Positions 8,257-16,885 of a stretch of 32,974 bases of DNA are shown here, one piece after another. Both the position numbers and the translations under genes were made by a program. How positions within the stretch are numbered: position 1 is the first letter of the stretch; every line of letters begins with the position of its first letter. Location: positions 1 to 32,974 of the forward strand of contig JAITQT010000109.1 in assembly GCA_031288745.1 (NCBI GenBank), given 5' to 3'. This DNA comes from Deltaproteobacteria bacterium. Its GTDB lineage: Bacteria; Desulfobacterota; Desulfarculia; Adiutricales; Adiutricaceae. The notes below the pieces were generated by a model. The model saw only the letters and a list, made by a program, of their open reading frames with translations. It did no database searches and was not told the DNA's origin.

Positions 8257-10272
8257 CTAAGAATGGCTAGAATCGCGGCTTGCCAGTGCGGGATCTTTCT
8301 TTGACTTGGGTAGTCTAGTATCATAATAAGTTAAGATAGCCCGCCTAACCAGATCTTGGCTACTTAAATTAACCTGGCCTCCGTGAACTAACACAGCGGC
8401 AATAGCTAAGGCCCCGACCTTTTGGTTAACTGGCTCTGATTGGTCGTCTTGATTTAATTGTATTGATTCTTTATTCTCTATTTCTTCTCTTTTTTCATTG
8501 GGTTTGGCCCAGGCCACGAACCAGTCAACTTTAAGGCCTTGCGTGTCGTTTATGGTCCCGCTCTTGCCGCCTAAAGAAAGTCTAGAAAGGAGAGGATGAG
8601 CTGAGGCGTCGCTAAAGCGTTTGCGGCCAGTTCCTTCGTTAACCGCAGCCATCATAAGTTCGGCTAATTCCTCAGCTGTTTTTTCCGCAACCACCTGGCG
8701 GGCAAGCTTAGGTTTACCTAAGTAAACTAAGTTTCCTTGAGAGTCGGAGACTTCGGAGACCACGTTGGGCTCAAACATCCGCCCTCCGTTAGCCACGGCG
8801 GAAGCCATTAAAGCTGCATGCACGGGGGTAAGCATAGTTTGCCTATTAAAGCCTGAGGCCAGTTCGGCCAAGCGAAAAATTTTTTTCTTTTCTTGATCCC
8901 ATTCCTCATCGCCATCGTTAATTCCCTCTCCTGGCTTTTCCATAGCTTGCTCTAAGCCTAGTTCAAAGGTCGAGGTCTCTAAAGGCAACTCGAAACCAAG
9001 CGTTTCGTTAAAGCCAAAGCGGAGGGCGTAATCGGAGAGATCCTGCGGGTTGAGGGTATAGGCCCCAAGCTTACCAAAAACAGTGTTGATGCTCTGGGCG
9101 AAACTCTGCCTTAAAGTGGCCTTGTGATTACCGCTATCAGGCTCTTTTTTTAGATTAGACATATAGAGGGTGTGCTTCCCCCCATCGTAGAGCACCTCTG
9201 AACGGGCTGAAAGCAAGGCCTTTTCAACTGCCGCAGCTGCAGTGACAATCTTAAAAACTGAAGCGGCTGGAAACGAGCTTTCTAAGGCGGCGTTCGTTTC
9301 AGTTTCCACATTCCTTCCGGCTAAAGCCAATACCCGTCCGCTTTGGGGATCAACCACCACCAAGGCCGCTTTTTGGGCCCCGCTATGCTCAACCCACCTA
9401 AGCGCCTTGGCTTGAAGGTCGGCGTCTAAAGTGGTCTTAACGTACAAAGTGCCGCCCTCGTCTTCCACGGCCAGGGGAGCGTTATTATCAGCTGATAGCC
9501 TGACGGGCCCGATTAAAGAGGCTAGTTGCTCTTTATTAACCAAATGGGCTGGCTTAGGTGGAGGACTCAAAAGGCCCACCAAAGGCGCGGGGCTGACGGC
9601 TTCCCCAACGGCTGGGGTACTATTGGCCCTTGGCTGGAAAAAATTAGCCAAGAGGTTTTGAGCCAAAGGCTTAACTTGGTTAGAAGCGATATTAGCGAAA
9701 AAAAAGGAATTAAAGACCAAGGCCTCGGGTCTTTTATCAATTTGAGGGCCAAAGTACAACGTAAGGGTACAAGAACCTAAAATAAGAGTTAAAATCGAAA
9801 TATTTTTAAAAAAATGAAAAATTGAAAATTTTTTATTAGTTTTTCGGGGCTCTAAAAAAATGGGGGCCTCGGCGCTGACGGCCTTATTATGGTTTACATT
9901 TGGCGCTATCGGGAAACTAGTAGGCTCTATAGGTAAGGCCACGGATTTATTTTCAGGGGAAAAATGGACCCGGCTCACAAAGACAGAGTCGCTGGCCTTA
10001 ACCATGGGCTTGGCCTTAACCATGGGCTTGGCCTTAAAAAGGGGTTTAAGGCGATTTTTTAAGGCTAGTGTGGTTAGCTCTTGCTCCTCGGCCCCTCTCT
10101 TAGCCCGGCCCAACCACTGGGGAAAGACTTCTTTAGATTTTTTTGAGTCCTTAGGCTCAGATGCCTTAGGGAGTTTAAAATCAAAAACCCCTTTGCCGAA
10201 TTCAGATCGGACCCCTAGGCCCGAGGTTAACGGGGCCTTATCCTTAAAATCTATACGGTCGGAAGGGTTCAT
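8257..10272 (-). CDS. penicillin-binding protein, transpeptidase type, with a long N-terminal cytoplasmic extension
   Basis: 671-aa ORF with SxxK (SVFK), SxN (SIN) and KSGT motifs in the correct order. It has a single TM (ILTLILGSCTLTLYF) after about 150 N-terminal residues. No glycosyltransferase motif was seen. Confidence 0.8.
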   Translation of the reverse strand: MNPSDRIDFKDKAPLTSGLGVRSEFGKGVFDFKLPKASEPKDSKKSKEVFPQWLGRAKRGAEEQELTTLALKNRLKPLFKAKPMVKAKPMVKASDSVFVSRVHFSPENKSVALPIEPTSFPIAPNVNHNKAVSAEAPIFLEPRKTNKKFSIFHFFKNISILTLILGSCTLTLYFGPQIDKRPEALVFNSFFFANIASNQVKPLAQNLLANFFQPRANSTPAVGEAVSPAPLVGLLSPPPKPAHLVNKEQLASLIGPVRLSADNNAPLAVEDEGGTLYVKTTLDADLQAKALRWVEHSGAQKAALVVVDPQSGRVLALAGRNVETETNAALESSFPAASVFKIVTAAAAVEKALLSARSEVLYDGGKHTLYMSNLKKEPDSGNHKATLRQSFAQSINTVFGKLGAYTLNPQDLSDYALRFGFNETLGFELPLETSTFELGLEQAMEKPGEGINDGDEEWDQEKKKIFRLAELASGFNRQTMLTPVHAALMASAVANGGRMFEPNVVSEVSDSQGNLVYLGKPKLARQVVAEKTAEELAELMMAAVNEGTGRKRFSDASAHPLLSRLSLGGKSGTINDTQGLKVDWFVAWAKPNEKREEIENKESIQLNQDDQSEPVNQKVGALAIAAVLVHGGQVNLSSQDLVRRAILTYYDTRLPKSKKDPALASRDSSHS
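9993..10037. repeat. 18-bp tandem repeat x2.5 inside the PBP gene
   Basis: TGGCCTTAACCATGGGCT occupies 9993-10010 and 10011-10028, followed by a partial unit at 10029-10037. It encodes KAKPMV KAKPMV KA in frame. Confidence 0.9.
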
Positions 10273-10452
10273 AACTACCTAAATTCTATCACCGACTATC
10301 ACAAAGAGGTCTAAATAGGCATGCAAAAGTGCTAAAATTTTTTGCTTTCTGGTTAAATATTTATTTTAAAAATTTAAACTAAACTTTCTTCCTATTTAGG
10401 TAAATAATATTTAAATTAAACTATTTTCACTATTAATTATTTTAATATTAGA

Positions 10453-11733
10453 CTAATTAGTTAAAGCCCTAATGACTTCTTGCCCGCCCAGAAACGATCT
10501 TAAGACTTTGGGTACTTCAATTGAGCCGTCTTCTAGTTGGTAGTTCTCTAATATGCTCACTAAAGTCCTACCAACGGCTAAACCAGACCCATTAAGGGTA
10601 TGGACGAACTCGGGTTTACCTTTTTCTCTGCGATACCTAATATTGGCCCGGCGAGCCTGAAAGTCCCCAAAACAAGAGCACGAGGAGATCTCTCTATAGA
10701 CTCCTGGGCCTGGCAGCCAGACCTCCAAATCGTAAGTCTTAGTTGAGCTAAAACCCATATCCCCTGTTGAGAGGAGCACCACCCTATAGGGTAGTTCCAA
10801 TCCTTTGAGAACCTCTTCGGCGTCTTGGGTCAGCTTTTCCAGCTCCTGGGAAGAATGTTCTGGTTTAGAAAATTTTACCAATTCAACTTTATCAAACTGG
10901 TGCATGCGGATCATGCCCCTCGTATCGCGTCCAGCCGCCCCGGCCTCGGCCCTAAAGCAAGGGGTGTAGGCGGTTAAATAAATCGGCAGTTTACTCTCTT
11001 CAATAATCTCGTCACGCAATAAATTGGTTAGCGGCACCTCAGCCGTGGGAGCTAGCCAAAGATCGTTATTTTCAACTTTAAAACCATCTTCGGCAAATTT
11101 TGGCAACTGTCCTGTACCACGCATGGATTGGGAATTTATCAAGGCCGGAGGCCAGATCTCGAGATAACCGCTATTTTGGGTGTGGAGATCGAGCATAAAA
11201 TCAATTAAAGCCCGATTTAATTTAGATAAGGCTCCGCGTAAGACTACAAATCTAGCCCCAGAAATCTTGGCCGCTGAGGTAAAATCCATTAAGCCTAAAC
11301 GCTCCCCTAGTTCCCAGTGATTTTTGGGCTGGAAAGGAAAATCCCTAATTGTTCCCCAGCGCCTAACCTCAAAGTTGGCGCTCTCGTCGCCCACGGGCAC
11401 CTCGCTCAAAGGTAGGTTGGGAATAGAAAGCAAAATCTCTTTTTCTTTTAGTTCAACTTGTGTTAACTGAGGCTCTATCGATTTAATATTTTGAGAGATT
11501 AAACGGTTCTCCGCAATCAAAACATCAGTCGACTCCCCGCTGCGTTTAAGCTCTGCCACCTTATCGCTTTGCTTATTTAGCCGAGCCTTAAGCTCTTCGA
11601 CTTTTAAAAGCAAATCCCGCCTTTGTCGATCTAAGAACTCAAAGGATTCCAAGGGCGCAACAGCGACGCGCCGATTTATCAAGGCCTCTTTGACGACGGA
11701 GAGGTTATCGCGTACGAATTTTAAATCTAACAT
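10453..11733 (-). CDS. serS: seryl-tRNA synthetase
   Basis: 426-aa ORF with an N-terminal coiled-coil arm (MLDLKFVRDN...) and a class II core (FRAEAGAAGRDTRGMIRMHQFDKVE, GSGLAVGRTLVSILENYQ). Confidence 0.95.
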   Translation of the reverse strand: MLDLKFVRDNLSVVKEALINRRVAVAPLESFEFLDRQRRDLLLKVEELKARLNKQSDKVAELKRSGESTDVLIAENRLISQNIKSIEPQLTQVELKEKEILLSIPNLPLSEVPVGDESANFEVRRWGTIRDFPFQPKNHWELGERLGLMDFTSAAKISGARFVVLRGALSKLNRALIDFMLDLHTQNSGYLEIWPPALINSQSMRGTGQLPKFAEDGFKVENNDLWLAPTAEVPLTNLLRDEIIEESKLPIYLTAYTPCFRAEAGAAGRDTRGMIRMHQFDKVELVKFSKPEHSSQELEKLTQDAEEVLKGLELPYRVVLLSTGDMGFSSTKTYDLEVWLPGPGVYREISSCSCFGDFQARRANIRYRREKGKPEFVHTLNGSGLAVGRTLVSILENYQLEDGSIEVPKVLRSFLGGQEVIRALTN

Positions 11734-12148
11734 CGAGTTATGTTCCCCAAAGGCCTAAATATTAAAAGTCTAAGATCGGACTAGCGCGCCCGAAAGGGCA
11801 AGCTCATAACCGAATAAAAGAACCTAGGCCAGAATCAGACTAGGCTCAAGATAGAGCTTAGGCTAAAAAAAGGAGCGGCCAAGCAAGGTAAGATTTTAAC
11901 TCTTAAGATCGAGTACGTCAAGATCTATTGGCCTTAATTCTTTGAATTGCTTTATTATTCAGCATTTAATTTCGAAGCCGGGTCAAATAAACCACTAGGC
12001 GGCTAAAGCCATGGTAATTTATTTTACATATGCCGATATTTTAATTTACGCTTATAGTCAAAATAAAAATTAGTAAAATTTTTTACTAACATACATTAAA
12101 CTATATAAAACATATTTTTTAGACTTAATTAGCTAGTTTTTTTCAATT

Positions 12149-12715
12149 TTAAGTGACTATATTATAGAGTCCCGGCTTTCTAGCCGGAGGTTTAGGCAAA
12201 TCCCTTTCTGGAAAGCCCAGACAAGCCGAGCCAATCACTCTGTAATCGTGGGGAAAGCCAAGGCTAGTTAAATAGGATCTAAAATCAGGCTCGTCAGCCG
12301 CGCTAGCCACCTGATTAATCCAGCAGCCGCCTAAGCCCACCACGTGGGCGGCCAAAAGCAGATAGCCCAAAACCAAGGCCCCGTCCTCCACCGGCCAATA
12401 AGAATCTTTTCTATGGGCCCCCACGATCACGAAGACCGGGGCAGTACCAAAATTTACGCTATAGGCTTTATTGGAGACTACTTCCTTATAAAGGTCAAAA
12501 CCAGGCTTCTGGACAGCCTCCCGAAGCTTTAGGGTGAACTCTGAGATCCTATCTAAGCCGATTACAGCCGTAGCGTGCCAGGCTTGCGTACCCCTGGCCG
12601 TGGGGGCGTAGCTAGCCGCATCCAACACCTCTTTTAAAAGCTCATCTGGCACTGAGAGTGGTTTAAAGACTCTTACGCTACGCCGCTCAACTAGCCATTT
12701 AAGATCTTTGTTCAT
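12149..12715 (-). CDS. nitroreductase family protein
   Basis: 188-aa ORF. The N-terminal RRSVRVF, SYAPTARGTQAWH and the overall length are typical of the NADH/FMN nitroreductase fold. Confidence 0.75.
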   Translation of the reverse strand: MNKDLKWLVERRSVRVFKPLSVPDELLKEVLDAASYAPTARGTQAWHATAVIGLDRISEFTLKLREAVQKPGFDLYKEVVSNKAYSVNFGTAPVFVIVGAHRKDSYWPVEDGALVLGYLLLAAHVVGLGGCWINQVASAADEPDFRSYLTSLGFPHDYRVIGSACLGFPERDLPKPPARKPGLYNIVT

Positions 12716-13101
12716 AATTAATACACCTCATTACTTTAAAATGTTAGCGCTCCTTACGAAGGGTTAAGCGGCCCTTTAAAGCATCTGCGCTTATTAGTCT
12801 AATCTCAACTTTATAATCCATAACCTAAAATAATCTATCATTTTTTTTACTTATTCGCCAATACCCTCATACGTTACCCTACCACAGCCTGGGTTGCTCC
12901 AAGCCACATTAGCCAACTTTGATAGAAGGAAGAAACGTTTTAAAAACTTAATCGCCTAAAAAATTAACCTTTCTAACAACCCTATCTCCCACCGCCTTGG
13001 GGGCCAAAGGGTTAAATAGACCTCGCTAGGTAAAAAAGTAAGGCTAAAGGCTTTTGATTTTAATACACCAAACCCGAGATAATAAAATTAAATGTTATTA
13101 T

Positions 13102-13211
13102 TGAGCGAAGCGCAAAAAGTCCCCTTTATCAGTCTTTAAATTTGTAACATAGTCTTATCACTAGTTAATTTTTTAGACTATTGTGCTTTTAAGAGGTTTT
13201 TGCGCTTCGAT
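13102..13211 (+). mobile_element. 110-bp MITE copy a
   Basis: Terminal inverted repeats GAGCGAAGCGCAAAAA / TTTTTGCGCTTCGATC. Flanked by a perfect 6-bp direct repeat ATTATT (13096-13101 and 13212-17). Confidence 0.8.
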
Positions 13212-13661
13212 CATTATTTTATTTTTTTATTCTTATCAAAGATAAATTTACTAGCCAACCTACTCGTAAGTTTCTTCGTTAACGATAGGGGCAGATTACA
13301 GGCTAATCGAATCTCACTAATTTTAGCACCGGCTACCAGAGCTGTCAAAGCTCCGGCCAGAGCGGCCTATGACCTAACCAGCGGTTTTCTCCCTCCTCAG
13401 GGGCAAAAGACCTAAATGATAGTCTCCAAAGCAGCTCCCATGGAGGTGATTTTGGCAGTTAAGACACCCGCTCCGACTACTCCCCAATGATACTACCGGT
13501 GATTTTAGCAGTGGTGGTCATCTCGAAAAATCGTTTGTTTATTAATCAAGGCCTTTGGTTTTATCATAATCCAGCACCTTGAGCTTTTAAGAAACAAGGC
13601 CTACCCCAGAAGATTGAAGAGCATTTAGGGCCACTCCATAAAAATATTGATAACCACACTT

Positions 13662-13771
13662 GATCGAAGCACAAAAAGTCACCTTTATGAGTCCTTAAAT
13701 TTGTAACAGGGCCTTATTACTAGTTAATTTTTTAGACTACTTTGCTTTTAAGGGGTTTTTGCGCTTCGATC
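13662..13771 (+). mobile_element. 110-bp MITE copy b (inside the IS110-family pseudogene)
   Basis: TIRs GATCGAAGCACAAAAA / TTTTTGCGCTTCGATC. Flanked by a perfect 6-bp direct repeat ACACTT (13656-61 and 13772-77). About 87% identical to copy a. Confidence 0.8.
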
Positions 13772-13819
13772 ACACTTAAGCCTAGGATAAGGTCCAAAAC
13801 CTACGAGCTATCAAGCCCC

Positions 13820-14548
13820 AACCATTACAAGCTCACAAACTCTTTATCATGGTAGGTTTTAACCTCTCACTGGGTTGCTGATAACATTTTTGGGACCAAC
13901 TGCCAAATGATTATCGCAGGACTAATTACGAAAAAAACCCGAATGAGACCTTAAGAATTCTACAGTTAGTTAGCGCCTTAAGGCTTCAAAACAATTAGTA
14001 TTATAAAGGCCCAAATAGGGAAATTGGCTGGTTAAGTCTGTGAAGATATTACAGAAATGTGTGAAAATAATCTCGTATTTACGAGCAAAATTGATACGCA
14101 TGAGCTAGGACTTGCACGTCGCATGATTAAGAGCGGCTTAGAGACTAAATTAGATCTTTTCCAGGCCATTAACTGAGTATCGTTCAAAGCCGCTCTGAGC
14201 CTTCTAGCTGAACTTAGCGATGATTGGTCGAATTTTCGTTGGGCTAATGCCTTGTTGAATTGGGGTAGAAAGAACTCGGGCCACAACGAGTTGACGGGTA
14301 AAAGAAAGAGTGGCCAAAAGTTAAAAGGCAATAAGCACCTAAGAAGGATTTTAGGCGAGATAGCCCAGCTGACCGCGAGAACTTAGTAGTATTTTAAACA
14401 AAAACTACAAAATCTAAAGCTAGGAGACGAGGCGACCAGAGGCTATTGAGCTGTTGGTCATAAAGTGCAGATAGCCGTTTATATCGTTCTACTAAAGGCA
14501 ATCCTTACCAAGACAATAAGGTTGAGTACGACGCTCTGGTAGCCAAGA
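13820..14548 (+). pseudogene. IS110-family (DEDD / Transposase_20 type) transposase pseudogene, C-terminal two thirds recognisable
   Basis: The frame from 14102 reads ..LFQAIN*VSFKAALSLLAELSDDWSNFRWANALLNWGRKNSGHNELTGKRKSGQKLKGNKHLRRILGEIAQLTART**YFKQKLQ..AVGHKVQIAVYIVLLKA. This has the IS110 hallmarks (LLAE.gD..rF, sG......KrGNkhLRr.L, A.ArKl...iy..Lk). In-frame stops lie at 14174, 14384, 14387 and 14447. Weaker frame-shifted similarity (GTNCQMIIAGLI, ETLRILQLVSALR) extends up to about 13820. Confidence 0.65.
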
Positions 14549-14792
14549 AAAATGCTTTGCTCTGGAGAAAGAACCTTAAGAAATAACATCTGGTCTCTTC
14601 TGAAAATAAATTTAGTAATTATAGAAGATAACTAACTTTATTAGGCTCAGATTAAGGCGCAGGCTAATAACCTAAGCTATGAACATTAAGTAGTCTACTC
14701 TGAATCGCCAGCAGTGGTAGCCATGGATAGTCTCAAAGCATCATTAAACTACTTTGGTAACGGGTTTTTTGGAGTTTTATCTTGGCCCACTT

Positions 14793-15108
14793 GTAACCGT
14801 TCACCAAGTCTTTTTTCCCCACGTTGCAGCTAGTAGCGACTTTCGAGTGGTAATTAAGTTTGATCGAAGCGCAAAAACCTCTTAAAAGCACAATAGTCTA
14901 AAAAATTAACTAGTAATTTGGCTATGTTATAAATTTAAGGATTGATAAAGGGGACTTTTTGCGCTGCGATCAACTTTGATTTAATGTTAAAATTACTAAG
15001 CTCCTATAGGGGGCTACATTGTTTCGGTTTGTGTCGTCCCTTTCAATAGGCTTGGCCCCGCAACGCTCTCTATTGTGAACGGGCCCTTAAACGTTCACAT
15101 TGGTGAAC
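14793..15108 (-). repeat. R-element copy 3 (carries a nested MITE and an internal deletion)
   Basis: The plus strand reads GTAACCGTTCACCAAGTCTTTTTTCCCCACGTTGCAGCTAGTAGCGACTTTCGAG.. then the MITE, then ..AATGTTAAAATTACTAAGCTCCTATAGGGGGCTACATTG..GTTCACATTGGTGAAC. The ends GTTCACCAA (14799-14807) and TTGGTGAAC (15100-15108) are perfectly complementary. Confidence 0.75.
14862..14971 (-). mobile_element. 110-bp MITE copy c (nested in R copy 3)
   Basis: TIRs GATCGAAGCGCAAAAA / TTTTTGCGCTGCGATC. The 6-bp flanks differ by one base (AAGTTT vs AACTTT). Confidence 0.8.
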
Positions 15109-15252
15109 TACACGCCCACTTTATCCATAGTTGAGGGATAGATTAGCTAACTATAAGTTTTTTCTATTTTTTCTTATCTATAGCTGAGTCATTTTTAGGG
15201 CCAACACTCTCAAAGCCGTGGAGGTTTGCTATGATTGTGCCGTGATACCAAG

Positions 15253-16875
15253 CTACTCGTAAGGTTCAGCCACAGGGTGATCGAAGCTTTGGATTAAAGG
15301 GACAGATGGGGCCTCGGGGGCCTTGACTTTAGGCTGAGCTTTAAAGGGGTCTAGGTTAATTTGCTCAATAGGCCACACTTGCGGCCACATTGGATGAGGC
15401 CTAATATTAGAGAGTCTTTTATCAATTAACATATCAAAGGTTTTTTGATACAACATGACGTAGGGCCGTTTTTCCAAAGCGTAAACGTTTAACCGCCTTA
15501 ATAAACTCTCTCTAGTCATATTATTTTGAGTCGAGAGGCCCTCTATCAGCTGGTCAACTTGAGAGTCGTTAAATCTGGCCGGATTTGATTTAATAGTGGC
15601 CCGCGAATCTAAAAACCCGCCTAGCCACATCTCGGGGCTTGGATACTCGGGCCGCCTAAAATCCAGTAACATATCCCAATCTCCCTTTTCCAAGATTCCC
15701 TGACCGTGAGCCCCACTAAGGGGGACTAACCTTACCGCTAGCCCGTGGGCAGATAGCTTAGAGGCTAGGACCTCCGCATCACTCCGCCCCGATGGGTCGT
15801 CGGCCTGGTAGACTAAATCTAGCGGTATCCGGGAGGGCCCTAAAGTAGAAAGTAACTGAACCGCTCTTTTTTCCAACTCGGCCGCCGAGGGGGGGGCCCC
15901 GACCGGTAGGCTTGGGGCTAAGCCGGCTGGGAAAAAACCGACCGGCTTTACTCTTTCCCCGCTAAGAGATAAAGCCGAAGCGGCTAAATCAGTAATTAAC
16001 TCTCTAGCCCCATCCATTTTTAGATAAGGCCTTAAGAGATTAAAAGCCAAAAATTTAGTCTCAAAAGATGTTACCTTAATTAATTCAAAGCGATTATCTA
16101 GCGGAGAAGTATATTGGGGCTGCCAAGCCAAGTGAGCCTGGTTTTCAATAAATAAGGCGTACCGTTTTTGTGGATCTTCGTTATAATAGAACTCAATTCG
16201 ATCGAGTTTGGGAATTACCTGGGCATCGGAGCGAATTTTTAACTTTATTAGTGTAGGTTCAACAGAATCGACCTCAAAGCCCCCAGAGCCTAAACTATGC
16301 TGGTCTAAATAGCCCGAGGGCCGGGCGGACAGAGAAGGACTAATCAAAGAAGCCATAGGCGAGGTTAGAGAGGCTAGAAAGGGGGGCCAAGGAGAATCTA
16401 GGCGGAATCTAAAAGTATGGGGCCCTACAATCTCAAAAAACTTTAGCCTCGGAAAATAAATGCTTCCGGTTTGGGTGCTCATTAAGCGATCAAAACTATA
16501 AAGAGCGGCGTAACTATCTAAGAGCGTTCCGTCTGGAAAACTTTGACCTTCCTTAAGGATAAAGGTATAGAGCAAACCATCTTCGGAGACTCTATAAGTG
16601 GCTGCGGCCGAATTTTTATTGTCGAGCACCGAACTTGCGGGCTCGAGATCAAATAGACGGCGATAGCAGGTCATGATCACGGGCCAGGCTGCGGGGTCAG
16701 GAGGGTAGCGCTGGGGGTCTAGGCTGACCGGGGCCTTAGGGTAGACCAGCCTTAAGGCATCGGCCCAAATTAAGTCTTTAGGGCTGAAAATCAAAAAAAG
16801 GAGTAAAAAAAAAAGCGCTCCCTTAGATGGCTTAAATTTGGTTTGAGCTTTGCTTATTAGTCGGCTATGGTCCAC
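15253..16875 (-). CDS. ABC transporter substrate-binding protein, family 5 (peptide/nickel type), orphan
   Basis: 540-aa ORF with a GTG start, an N-terminal hydrophobic signal-like segment (ALFFLLLFLIFSP) and family-5-like stretches (LDPQRY.., FELIKVTSFETKFLAFNL). No permease or ATPase genes are adjacent. Confidence 0.7.
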   Translation of the reverse strand: MDHSRLISKAQTKFKPSKGALFFLLLFLIFSPKDLIWADALRLVYPKAPVSLDPQRYPPDPAAWPVIMTCYRRLFDLEPASSVLDNKNSAAATYRVSEDGLLYTFILKEGQSFPDGTLLDSYAALYSFDRLMSTQTGSIYFPRLKFFEIVGPHTFRFRLDSPWPPFLASLTSPMASLISPSLSARPSGYLDQHSLGSGGFEVDSVEPTLIKLKIRSDAQVIPKLDRIEFYYNEDPQKRYALFIENQAHLAWQPQYTSPLDNRFELIKVTSFETKFLAFNLLRPYLKMDGARELITDLAASALSLSGERVKPVGFFPAGLAPSLPVGAPPSAAELEKRAVQLLSTLGPSRIPLDLVYQADDPSGRSDAEVLASKLSAHGLAVRLVPLSGAHGQGILEKGDWDMLLDFRRPEYPSPEMWLGGFLDSRATIKSNPARFNDSQVDQLIEGLSTQNNMTRESLLRRLNVYALEKRPYVMLYQKTFDMLIDKRLSNIRPHPMWPQVWPIEQINLDPFKAQPKVKAPEAPSVPLIQSFDHPVAEPYE

Positions 16876-16885
16876 TCACCGCACC

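Noticed and set aside
11734-12148. T-box or other leader upstream of serS, and the perfect AT palindrome TTAGTAAAA-TT-TTTTACTAA (12070-12089)
   Set aside because: No T-box consensus (..GGTGGTACCGCG..) appears on the minus strand. A 9-bp all-AT palindrome in an AT-rich spacer has low information content, and its 2-nt centre cannot form a hairpin loop.
13200-13415. 71-aa ORF on the plus strand
   Set aside because: It starts with TTG inside the right TIR of MITE copy a, has a low-complexity hydrophobic N-terminus and lacks an SD. It is most likely a chance ORF.
14032-14331. 99-aa ORF on the minus strand
   Set aside because: It is antisense to the clearest segment of the IS110-family pseudogene, with no family resemblance and no SD.
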